Of a stretch of 64,000 bases of DNA, positions 12,434 to 23,690 are shown piece after piece. The DNA lies in contig CBDBIZ010000006.1 of NCBI GenBank assembly GCA_965206195.1, positions 68,563 through 132,562 on the forward strand. Reading direction: 5' to 3'. Every line of letters starts with the position of its first letter. The stretch's first letter is position 1. This stretch comes from Gammaproteobacteria bacterium (GTDB lineage: Bacteria > Pseudomonadota > Gammaproteobacteria > PS1 > Pseudothioglobaceae). A program made the position numbers and the translations under genes. The notes under the pieces were generated by a model. The model worked only from the letters and a program-made list of their open reading frames with translations, was not told the origin of the DNA and did not search any database.

Positions 12434-12784
12434 GTTTGGTTCCAGAATAGACGTGCTAGAAATTGAAAACAAGCTGAGACAGGCTGTGCTATTCAGCAGA
12501 GCAAGGGTCGAAGGAAGTACCTAAAAACTAAGCATCAGATGCAAGTTGCTGCAGCTGCCTCTGCTAGAGGTGGTATTTCCCCTGGATGCTACCCGGGTGT
12601 TCCCAACACTGCATTTGGAGGAGTCCCAACATCCCCACAGTTTCCGGCTATGTTACCTTACATGACCGGCTCAGCCATACCATGCAATCCTATGCAGAGC
12701 TGTGTTGGTCCTGCAAGCTTCTTTGCTAACAGTATGCCTAGTTGTGGACGAGATTCACTTGACACTCCACAATTCCACCAGTAA
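12434..12784 (+). CDS. PRD-like homeobox gene last exon, with homeodomain helix 3 followed by an in-frame TGA at 12464-12466 and the frame open on to TAA at 12782-12784
   Basis: It follows a TTTTAAG acceptor. It reads VWFQNRRARN, then TGA at homeodomain position 57, then KQAETGCAIQQSKGRRKYLKTKHQMQVAAAASARGG...DTPQFHQ in the same frame. ORF-track entry 12539-12784 shares this frame. Confidence 0.8.
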
Positions 12785-13089
12785 AGTGAAGCTGATGCCT
12801 TCAAAGATGAAGAAAAATTATAACCAGTTGCTAGTTAGTAGAACTCATTGTACTGAAAGTTTCTTAGTAATATATATAGTTCTTTATTTCTGCTGTATGA
12901 TACATTTATTAACATATGTAAAGCACTGAAAAATATGGTAATCTAGTGCATGGGGCTTGTAGAATTAGAATTAACAAAAAAGTAAATATTATCAATTATA
13001 TATTTTTGTTTGTAAGTATACTTTTAAGTTAGTATGTATGTTTGTCTAGGCATGATATTTAGGCTAATTTTTTTTTGCTGTGATTTTAG

Positions 13090-13605
13090 GATGGGAGATT
13101 CAAGAAATATATGCATTTGGTGTGGAAGATTCCAGAACCCATTCATGTGGGAGTGGGGTTGAAAAGAGATCTCAGAGCCTATATGTGTGGGAGAGGTTGT
13201 GTGAGGTTGTGAGAGATAAAAGGATTCAAATGTAGGGAGGTGGTGGGTGACCCATGGGCCCATGTTTAAGAGAGGGTGGGGAGAGTTCCCAGAGCCCATG
13301 CATGGGAGTAGGGGATGAGGGGAGTTACCAATTACATAGTTGTCAATGTCCATGTGTAAAAAGTGGATGTACCTGGGCCAACATGCAATTAGTGTGGGGA
13401 TTGTGGAGTGGTGATGGGAGGAGTGGGGGGGGGGGGGCAATCCTGTGCACATATTCAGTAGAATAATATTCCTGGTCTCATGAGTTTTGTGTAGGGGGGA
13501 TAGTTGGTCAGGTTTTAGGTGTAGAGGAATATTAAAGGGTCCATATATAGTAATGTTTGGGGTAATTCCAGCAGCCATGTGTTGGGAGGAGATGTGAAAT
13601 TTCTG
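13090..13605 (+). repeat. Degenerate ~35-40-bp minisatellite (unit about GGGAGATTCCAGNNCCATGTGTGGG), forward array
   Basis: The gagattccaga..catgtg.. motifs recur along the stretch, read directly. Confidence 0.7.
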
Positions 13606-14240
13606 CCTGGAATTTTCACCCCACACTTTATAAATAAACCATGGAATCTCCCATCCCTCCACCAACCAACCCTTAGACCCTTGAACTTCACCGCACCATC
13701 CCAACCCCCCCCTCCCACAAAACATCCCTTCACCCTACACATGATGGGCCCATGAATCTGCCCACCACCATACTATTTTATTCTGGAATCTCCCCATGCT
13801 CTCCATAAATGTCCTACATTATTCCACTCTACACAAGTGCACAGGGATTTCCCCCCTATTTATACCACCATCACCACATCCCCCCTACCCTTTATAATGA
13901 GGTAGGGATCTCTCCCCCCATCTCCTCATTCAAATGGGCCATGGAATCTTTCAATACCCCAGCCCCCCTTTAACTTTGTCCTCATGATCCCTCTCCCCAA
14001 CCTCTTACCATGGGCCTGATATCTTTTTCCAGCCACTCATAAATATGGGCCCTGGGGTCACTCCTAACCTTCCTAACTTCGAATCTGGGATCTGTTCCAA
14101 ACTCCCACCATAGACATTGGCCTTATGTATGAGGCCTGGAATCTTCTGTCACATATAAGCCTTAACCTGAAATCTTCTTCACCAAAAATCTTCCACACAT
14201 AAAAAAAAATTGGGGCCTGGGTTATCTATCTTCCCAACCA
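13606..14240 (-). repeat. The same minisatellite family in inverted orientation
   Basis: The motifs become ..cacacatgggcc(c/a)tggaatctccc.., the reverse complement of the forward unit. The switch lies near 13600-13612. Confidence 0.7.
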
Positions 14241-14280
14241 ATGGATATATGATCTCTCTTCTAAATGAGAGAGTCAGAAA

Positions 14281-14533
14281 GTGAGTTACTGAGTGAGTGA
14301 GTGAGTGAGTGAGTGAATGAGTGAGTGAGTGAGTGAGTGAGTGAGTGAGTGAGTGAGTGAGTGAGTGAGTGAGTGAGTGAGTGAGTGAGTGAGTGAGTGA
14401 GTGAGTGAGTGAGTGAGTGAGTGAGTGAGTGAGTGAGTGAGTGAGTGAGTGAGTGAGTGAGTGAGTGAGTGAGTGAGTGAGTGAGTGAGTGAGTGAGTGA
14501 GTGAGTGAGTGAGTGAGTGAGTGAGTGAGTGAG
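14281..14533 (+). repeat. (GAGT)n microsatellite, ~63 units (complement of ACTC)
   Basis: Read directly. It generates the (LTHS)n ORFs on the minus strand. Confidence 0.95.
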
Positions 14534-14579
14534 ACACCTGGCTGAAAAGAAACTTGAAACTGAGATAAAATCCATCAGG

Positions 14580-14945
14580 AAGATCTTTAAACCATCAATA
14601 GAAGTGCAAGAAACAATGGTGGAGGAATCATCTCAGAGTAGAAAATCACTCTTATAGGCAGTGAAGAACATAGTTGCTTATTGTGATGCCTGTAGACGCA
14701 AGTCAGAACTTCTGGCTCTTCCCATCCAGGGTCTTCTTTTTACCACCATCACCACACTTGGAACAGAACCAACAAAAATATGGACAGATGCCATCCGGTC
14801 TCTCCCGAATGAGTGTTATAAATTTGTGCTAAATGCTGCCCATGACACTCTTCCCCATAACTCTAATCTCCATCTCTGGAAAAAGAAGCCAAATCCATCG
14901 TGCCCATTGCACTACGGAACTCACTCGATATTCACAAGCACCTAG
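14580..14945 (+). mobile_element. Retroelement ORF fragment (non-LTR-like)
   Basis: The segment ..KIWTDAIRSLPNECYKFVLNAAHDTLPHNSNLHLWKKKPNPSCPLH resembles the kFxlnaxxDtLPxxxNLxxWxk...C.LC segment I recall from metazoan retrotransposon ORFs. It has no intact flanking domains. Confidence 0.4.
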
Positions 14946-17379
14946 GCAGGCCATACATCAGCAACACAATAGCAACAATAGCATCCACACCTGAGTCACT
15001 CAATGCTCCATCTGGAGTGCCACATCCACTCCACCAATTATAAACACCATTCACAAACATATACAAAAAAAGTTTATTTATATCTAATGCACCCACAGAG
15101 GCAGTGAATCATTTTTATAGTTGAGTCTATTCCAGGATATCTTCTATTAAATGCAGGGACAGATTGGGTGAGTCATTTAGTGTGTTAATGAATGGAGAAA
15201 AAAGCAAGGAAGGAAGGAAAAAAGGGAGAAGATATAAGAAATGGAATAATAAAGTGAGTAGGGTGAGTGGGGAAGGAAAAAGAAGTGTGTACTTTCTGGA
15301 ACAAAGAAAGAAGGTGAACATGAACATTTGTTAGCAGTTGCATAAAAATTATGTTTTGATGCACCTATGGGACAAGACCTACCTTTTATCTGGAACTGGG
15401 AAAACACCTGATATGCCCAGAACCAGTAATTACTGAAGTCCAGACTAGAGCACAAACTCAGAAAGCAGGAAAAGAGCTAAAAGTTGATGAGGATGTGGAC
15501 CAGTGGTAATCTGAAGACCATTACACTGAGAATATTAGGAGTCCATTTCCACAGTAGTTAGATAATATGTTTATGCCAGACAGAGGAGTGTAAACATATC
15601 TCACTGGCAATGAGAAGAGACAGCCACATCTATGCTATGTGTCATTGAGTTCAGCTTAGCACCCACTTGACCGCCAGATAGGGACCTGTTCAGAACCGAA
15701 CTTCTAATAACATACATCAAATTGAAACCACAGGAATATTGATATATCTGATGCCTCATGTGGAGTACCCTTGCAGTGGCTTAACAAGGAATGTGTTTAT
15801 ATGGAGCCTGTTCTGGTGTGGTCATGTAAAACTGATCTCAGATAGAGATTAAAATATTTTCATTGTGCGTTCACCTTAAGGCTTAATTGATTGATGCTCC
15901 ATTGAAAAAATATTTTGCGCCTCTCAGTGCTTGTGTGTTTCTTTCCTGAATAGGGCCATCCCAGAATATAAATAGCAATTAAGAGGAACCTATTCAGATT
16001 GGCAATGGTGCAACTAGAGTTGGGCAGATTTGAGTTTGTTTAGTGAACTGGCCACTGTTAGTAAAATGTATGTAAAATTTTACTTTCTGCAGGTTGAAGT
16101 TGGCTGCCCATACCTGAGCTGCACTCTGTCCAAGCACATCTCAATGAAAAAATTAGTATATCTCCCTATGTAGTTCCTATGTAGTTCACGATATATATAT
16201 ATACATTATAATTTCCATCTGTATTTTCAACTTGGCAACTGACTCTTATTCTAGCAGGTAAAGCACATTACACATGTTGAATTAGTTTTCATGGAAAAGG
16301 AATGCATTGTTAAAATGTCCACTTATTCATGAAAGAGAATGACGGGAATCTTTCTTCAAAGAAGAGATATGGGCACTACTCATGGAGATACGCAACAAAG
16401 AGATTCATTCAAGCTGGTCCAAGGAGAATACCAAATTCACTATACACTGTCATTACATCAAATATGAAGAAATACTTTATAAACAATAACACATTTCTTC
16501 ATAAAATGAATATAGAACAAAATAAGTGTACATATATATGTTTATTAAATTGTGTAATGATATAATGTGGATGTGTCAAGTAAAACCATCACATCAATGC
16601 CCTACAAAATATCTTTGATATATTTCAATGCAATTGTTGTTATATTTGAATTATTCCTATTTAAACTAAGAAAAGAAAATTAATTACTGGATATAAACAA
16701 GAAAACACAATCAATAAGAAAAACCCCATAGATTAAAAAAAATGCAGGGTTAAAATTTGTTCTAAAACAATTTTGAACAATTATTTTTAATTTATGTTTT
16801 AATGTGAAAATAGCATGAACGGATAAAAATGAAACCTTAAAGCCATTTGGTGTATTTTCATATGAGATATCCATTTAAAAGTTCAAATTTACTACTTAAT
16901 TAAATAGATGTGTCTTGCAAATTTCCAGCATAAATCAGCTTGAAATAATTCTTGAAAATTTAGAAATTAATTTCTAATTTTCTTTTTTTTTTGTTTAGAA
17001 CTTAAGGTTATGGTCATGCCAGACTTAGAGAGAGAGCTTAACCTGTTTATGTTATTTAGAAGGAAAAATTTCAAATTTTAAATTATGCCAAATTTCTCTA
17101 AGTCAACAATAAATAGATATTAATGAATGAATATTGAGAGAGTGCCACACCAAGAGAGCATAATACAAGAAGATATATTACAGGTGCATGAGGTAGATTT
17201 GTTTATATTTTTTATTTGCTCAATGAGAAGATCATTTTCACTATTTTTAGCATCACATGCAAATGTATTAATTAATAAGAAAACATGTAAGAAATTATTG
17301 GTGAAGATTTTCACAATGACTTTGACTCAATTGAAAAAATCACTGTTTAACTACTGATGAACTTAAATGGGATACAGGT

Positions 17380-18060
17380 AGCTCTACCAGTTGGACATGC
17401 AATCAAATTCCAGGGCCAACATGTAGTTATGTGTTTGAGATTCAGGAACCATGTGTTGGGGTAAGGGTTGAGGAATGGGAGATTCTAAGAACATAATCTA
17501 GAGGGGTATAGAGATTTTAAGGCTTATTTGTAGGAGTTAAGTTACTCTATGGACCATGTTTTAGGTGGGGTGAGTACGGAGATTCCGGTTACCATGTGTT
17601 AATGGGGTTGGTGGGTGGAGAGACTTTAGGATCATGTATAAAGTGGCACTTGGTTCCAAGGCTCATGTGTAATGTGGGGAGGGGACATTACAGGACACAT
17701 ATTTAGGAGGGAGGGTGAAATCCAGAAGGCCATGTGTATGGGAAGATGAGAGATCACAGGACACATGTGTGTGGGAAGGGGTGTTCATTTCTGGACACTT
17801 GTGTATGGGAGCTTAAAGGATGGGAGAACCAGGGCCTATGTGCTGGGGAATGGAGATTCCATGGCCAATAGTTAAGGATTGGATGGGGATATCCATTTGA
17901 CATGTGTAATAGGGAAAGATTCCAGGTCACATGTTTTAGGGGAAGGGTGGTAGCGAGTTGCAAGTAACCATGTGTCTCTGGGAGCTAGGGCTAGGAATAT
18001 CATTGGTTGGAGCATGCAGATGTAGGCAGGAATACATGTTGTTGCTTGCATCAATATGTG
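17380..18060 (+). repeat. Second block of the GGAGATTCC..CATGTG minisatellite family
   Basis: About 17 degenerate units were read directly. Confidence 0.7.
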
Positions 18061-18530
18061 TATTAGGCTAGAATGTGAGTTGCTCTAAGATAAATTGCGT
18101 GTTTATGGTAAGAGTGCATTATTGGCGAGAGTGTGTTCTAGGCTGAATTGTGCATTCGTAGCAGGAGCTAGTGATGTTGGCAGTAAATTGTGCTGCAGGC
18201 AGAAGTTTATGGCAGGAATGTATTTTGTTAGCAGTGGTGTGTTTTAGTAGGCAGATGTACATGTTGATGTTGGAAGAAGTATGTGTTGTTGGTGTGAAAT
18301 TCGTTGGCTGGAGTTTGTTGATGTAGTCAGAAGTGAATTCAATTGCTGGTACAAGTGTTGAATTTTGGTTGGTGTGTGTATTGTTGAGTGCAAGAATGTG
18401 CTTTTTGGGCAGGAATGATTGATTTGTTGTTGGGTGTGTATTTTTTGCAGGAGTATGTGTTAGTGCTTGATTTTTTGTTTTGAAAGAAGTGTGTATTTTT
18501 CTTGGCATGAGTGTGATTAGCAAGCTTGTA
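18060..18530 (+). repeat. Degenerate T/G-rich ~25-bp repeat block
   Basis: The motif ggcag(g/a)aatgtgt..ttg recurs. The 134-aa minus-strand ORF here is a repeat artefact. Confidence 0.55.
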
Positions 18531-20251
18531 TTTATATGTGGTATATATATATATAAATATATATATATATTGGTATCTTATATATATGATATTGCACTGC
18601 CAATTTCAAAATGAAATATTATAGAAATCACTCAAGTTTCAACTTTGTTTGCCTTTTAGTTAGCTTAAGTCTAGCAATAGTATATCCTGCAGGTGTTGCC
18701 AATAGTAAGCCACACATATTGCAAATCTTATCGAAGATTATAGTGCTCACCGGGATGCTTTGATTCCATATGGCCAATTTTGGTTGGATTAATCAATAAA
18801 TGAGTGTGTGGGAGTGGCTATGACAAAAGAATATCCATTACCATGCCCACATGTGTTCAATTGTGCTCATCTATGTTCATGGAGAGTACTTGCCAATTTA
18901 CAGCAATTTATTCCCACTCTTTAGCCATGATGCCAACACACACACACACACACGAACCTATATAAATATTAAGTATTGGTCATCTATCTAGCTCCTTCAG
19001 TCCAGGCGATATTCATAATTATTCTTTTGGCACTTTTCATTTTGTATACCTATGGAGAGAGGTGTAGCAAGCAGGGATTCTGCCTGTGTCACTCCAAATG
19101 TCAAGTTGTTATTGTGTACCATATACTAAGCTTTTCTCATCCTAGGGTTTGTTTCATCAAATTACCATTACTTGCCTTTTTTTTTGGCCTGACATTAAAA
19201 AAGTAGAGGGTGTTGTCTAATAAATGTACTTTAAACATTCCACAGATTATATTAATTCCAAGTATGTATGTGTTTTCGGGTCTATCTCACATGGGTTTTT
19301 ATTTTGTTGCAGAAATAGCATTATCGCCACTTTGTATTACACAATGAAAGGAGTGGCATTTCGTGTCTAATAGTACTGAAGCAGTAAAGAATGAGGTTCA
19401 AAAGGAGCCCAATAACCACTTCTTTGGATATAATGAGATATTCAAAATATTGGAAATAGAAGACAGTTGCTAACAAGACTCTGAAGAATCTGTAGTTAGG
19501 TCACATCATTGTTCTTTGACTCCATCAAGCATCGTGTGCACGCCAATTTATTTAAATTATGAACATTTGCACTGGTTTGACATCTAATATAAACCTCAGC
19601 AAGTAGGTGGTAATTTTCTCATTTCAAATTTGTGTTAGCCTTAATATTGTTTATGCTTATCTCATAATAGAGTTTTGAAATACTATACTAAATATTTTTT
19701 GTTATATACCATTTTCCATGTGTTAACATGCACTGAGATTTAAAGAAGAACATGTTGCATTGGAATGAGTTTAGATTTGAGTACTTGGATTGGATGTGAA
19801 ACGATTATTATATTTTAAAATTTACAATAGTGATACGTTTGCTTATATATTATTTTCTGTGCACCTGTGAAGCAGAACAAATGTTTTGTTGCTTGTTCTC
19901 CCTTGTGTGTGTTTACTTTTCTGTACATTTGTCCACTCTAATTCATTTACAATTACCTAATTGAAGTAAACATTAATGTAGCTTGATTTTAATAAAATTA
20001 AGCTCTTTCTCTGTTTTAAAACATTTTGAGTGGTACACTAATTTTTTTCTACCAAACATACTGTCAAAACACTGGATTACTCTGAATATTTCCTATATAT
20101 ATCGGCAAAAGATGGGGGAGAAGAAATGTAATGATATATAAATATAAATTATAAAGATCTGTGATTTATATATTGTGAGATCCCTCTCCTACCCTTTGAC
20201 TTGCATTTTTTGATGTCTGTCTTATGTGTGCTTTGAAATTGCAGTGACGAC

Positions 20252-20686
20252 ATGCCTAAAGTTAAGAAAAGGTCAAAAATAAAGCATTCTCTTGAATGTG
20301 GCAAAACATTTGCTGTTGAGAGGATACTAGACAAACGTATCGGTAAAAGAGGGAAGGTGGAATACCTCCTGAAGTGGTTGAATTACTCGGAGTCGGAGAG
20401 TATTTGGGAGCCTAAAAGTCACCTTGTGCATTTCCCGCATATGAAGGGTGAGCCTTCCATGCTTGCCTCTAGACACGACCTGTCAGGGAAAGCCGGGAGT
20501 ACTGCTGTTGCCGAGAAAAGTGCTGTTTCTACTGGGAATATCGTGATTGCAATTGGAAACTGTCCAGTAACTGGGAATACTGGTGTTGCCGGGAATGCTG
20601 AAGTTGCTGGGAAGATTGCTGTCGCCGGCAAGAAGAATGCAAGAAGCGTGTTGGGCAAAGATAAGGACAAGGAGGCCAAAATGAAG
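20252..20686 (+). CDS. Chromodomain protein, exon 1
   Basis: It begins [58 protein letters not shown]. This matches the HP1/CBX chromodomain pattern (F/Y)xVExILDxR..G.VEYLLKW......WEP. A G/A/V-rich imperfect repeat follows ([17 protein letters not shown]). The donor is AAG|GTAGGT in phase 0. Confidence 0.8.
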
Positions 20687-21646
20687 GTAGGTCAGGCAGT
20701 ATTGATCACCATATCCCTTGTCTCTTACATTCTCACTTCACTGAGCACTATCCTTGTCTTAATACTGACAACTTTCGTTTTGATCTCTATCATTTTTTCT
20801 GGCTTGATCATCTCATAGTACCAGCATATGCCAACTCTTAGCTATTGATTCAAACTGGTAGAACTTAACCAAAACAATTACTCTATGTAATTGCATATAT
20901 TTATTAACTTTGCATGCCAGGTCCATCAATATAACAAAATAAATAATATCAGGTGTGCTCACTACTCATTGTGGCCTGATGGCTATAAATGTCTCTTCCA
21001 TGGCACATATCAGGGTTGAATTTGTGTAGTGCTGGACTTGTTGCCAGAAACGAGTTATTCAGTTGCAATGTTGGTAAAGTTGAGGTGATGAGTTTGATAA
21101 TATCTTACCCAATCAATATTGATAGAGGATGGACAAGAAAGGCAGTACATCCCTGATAAAGTAGGTAAAGGGTGGGTTATGATGTAGTCTCCTTTATAAT
21201 AGTGCACAATTTATGTCCAATGAGAATCAATGTGGTTTAAAAACACACCTTTGTACACCCTTAAACTTATTCATGAATGAAATAGTCCAACTTTGCAGCT
21301 ACTTACGAATAAAGAGTTCTTTTAACGACCATAACCTATTGTCGTAACCAAGGCAAACTCTCCTCCAACCTGAAATATTAGTCATAATAGATTAACACTA
21401 TCAATGGTAAATAATTAAGCACATATCATTAATTACCTCCCTTTTCTCCATATTTTTCAATCTGTTTAACATGTTTATCTACCATATTATCTCGAAAATA
21501 CTTCACATATGATCTAATCAAGGTATAGTGGGGCATCTCTTCTTTCCATCACTAATATTGTGCTAATAGTTAACATGTGCTCGGAATCATTTGATCTATC
21601 TTGAATAATCTGTTGAACCTATTTTATTCTCCCACACACATTTCAG

Positions 21647-22063
21647 CCTAGCATCATCAAGAAGGCCAGTGAAGAAAAGGATCAAGAGGTACCCTACTTG
21701 GATGACAGTGTTAAGTTCCAGGTAGCAAGCGAAGAAGTTGAGAAGAATAAAGAGAAAATTGGCTCCAGCAGCAGTGGCTCCAGTGATAGCGATACAAGCA
21801 GTAACAGTGAGACTGAGATGGAGAAGACACCTGTAAAAATGGGTAAAAAGATATTACCCAACACCTGGGATTCTGGTTCCCTCATTAAGCTGAAGAAGCA
21901 AATTGACTCATTACAAGATCTTGAACAGATGCGGGACATAGTATACATCATTGAAGAGGCCGCACTCTACACTATTACAGGACCTATGTTTAATTTTGAA
22001 CTTGGTAAGCTAGATGACACCACACTGACCAAGGTCATGAAAGTTATCGAACATACATGCTAG
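21647..22063 (+). CDS. Chromodomain protein, exon 2 (Ser/Asp/Glu-rich tract plus an ET/NET-like C-terminal region)
   Basis: It follows a TTTCAG acceptor and is in frame with exon 1. It reads PSIIKKASEEKDQEVPYLDDS...SSSSGSSDSDTSSNSETE...LEQMRDIVYIIEEAALYTITGPMFNFELGKLDDTTLTKVMKVIEHTC and ends at TAG. Confidence 0.7.
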   Translation, partial: PSIIKKASEEKDQEVPYLDDSVKFQVASEEVEKNKEKIGSSSSGSSDSDTSSNSETEMEKTPVKMGKKILPNTWDSGSLIKLKKQIDSLQDLEQMRDIVYIIEEAALYTITGPMFNFELGKLDDTTLTKVMKVIEHTC

Positions 22064-22432
22064 AAGATGCAACTTTCCAATGGACGAAGTGTGGAAAAGT
22101 AATTTTATGAAACATTATAGGTACCTATCCATGCCATATCTTATGGACATTCTATGAGCTTGAATTTTGTGTTCAATTGTGGAATCATCTTTTTTCCATA
22201 ATTCTTTGCTTGTGACTTGCCTCATCCCAATACACTGCTCTAGAATTGACACTTCATGCAATTTAATTTATGGAAAACAACAAATGTACATCTTAATGGT
22301 TGGCACATTTTATATATTTAATTGTAATTCTAGGTTTAATGTACTAGTCATAGGAGGAGAGATGGGGACGGGGAGTGACACCACAAAGATGACACCGCAA
22401 GTAACAAATACTCGATAACTGTATAGATAATA

Positions 22433-22463
<31 letters not shown>

Positions 22464-23459
22464 TTGGCATTCAGAAAATACTAGCATAATATTGGCACCT
22501 TTTGTCTTTGTGCTTTTTCATAACTTCCAAACCAAGATAAATTATTTGGAACCAGAGCTAAAATTTGGCAGTGTATTTCAACATTAAATGATAATGGATA
22601 AATATTAATTATGTTTGATGATAAATAAATATCTTTTTAAAAGATGAACATAGAGATTATGCCTTGGGTTCATCAGCCAGTTTGACTTACTTTCAACATC
22701 CACAGGCAAGTCAGGTGCAGAGAAGAAATGACTTAATGAGCCAATATACGAAAGGCCCATTCATCATCTTAATGGAGATATAAAGATTAATTTTATGCAA
22801 ATGGAGAATTTTTAATTATCAGAGTAATAGTACTTCCATGATCTTAAAAAATTAATCAAAATTTTTTAAGAATCTTTACTTTGATAAAATATTATATTGC
22901 TGGTATTGTTTGATATTTATTACACATGGTCATAGGAAGCATCTATCAAAATCATTTCCCATACTAGCATACACACAGGTAGACAGAAACAGGTGAATTA
23001 TTATAACAACTATTAATATAAAAAATCATATATTTTGTTGTAATCATTGAAATTTTCTTCCAAATTGCATCTATAATACAGCCAATTGTGTTAGCATCCT
23101 GCCTAAGCAGTACAAGTCAGTTCACCTGAAGGTGACTACATACATGAACTACAGATCATCCTTATAGCTTTTGAAATGAGGTATTGATTCTATTTAATTA
23201 AATAATGGATTCATCCAGCATATCATACAGAGTACACTCTTTTGGGGAGTGGGATTTGGATTTGAGTGATTTTTTAATTCACTTTTTTAATGGGACGAAG
23301 CACTTCAGGTAATTTATGTGTCTTATCTCTTGTCTTATATATATGTGATTATTTAAATTAGAAGGCCCTTGTCATTTGAGTAGGAAATTCCCATTTTACT
23401 TGAAGATTATCTTTGCTCTCGATCTTCTTGGAGGTGTGTAAACAATTATTATTAGGAAT

Positions 23460-23690
23460 AAAACTGTGTGTACATGTTGTTGCAATGAGTATGACATGCA
23501 TGGTCATGTTCTAACTATGAGTGAGTTGTGCGTGCAAAGGCACTTGCTATGATTGAGAGAAGTGTGGACATGATGTTGCTATGACTGACAGTTGTGTGGG
23601 CATGCTGTTGCTATTAGCTAGAAAATGTGGTCTTGCTGTTGCTATAAGTAATTGGTGTGCGAGTGTGCTGTTACTAGTAATTTTTAGAAC
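23460..23690 (+). repeat. Degenerate ~33-bp tandem repeat
   Basis: The unit gtgtggNcatgNtgttgctatgactga recurs about 6 times. Confidence 0.55.

Noticed and set aside
12464-12466. The TGA in the homeobox gene as a selenocysteine codon.
   Set aside because: Position 57 of homeodomains is a basic residue with no redox role. I saw no SECIS-like stem-loop context. A nonsense mutation or a true terminus is far more likely.
13024-13725. A 233-aa ORF on the minus strand, the second longest in the left half of the window.
   Set aside because: It lies entirely within the degenerate ~35-bp minisatellite. Its sequence is repetitive (GNSPHPLL.. repeats) and has no start or splice context. It is a by-product of repeat periodicity.
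14261-14575. ORFs encoding (LTHS)n, and the similar ORF at 9137-9379.
   Set aside because: They are pure translations of the (GAGT)n and (ACTC)n microsatellites.
18119-18523. A 134-aa ORF on the minus strand.
   Set aside because: It lies within a T/G-rich degenerate tandem repeat and has no recognisable motifs.
20419-20679. An 86-aa antisense ORF overlapping chromodomain exon 1, and the antisense ORFs opposite GYF exon E (32565-33345 and 54884-55774).
   Set aside because: They lie opposite well-supported sense coding sequence and have low-complexity or unremarkable composition. They are typical antisense open frames.
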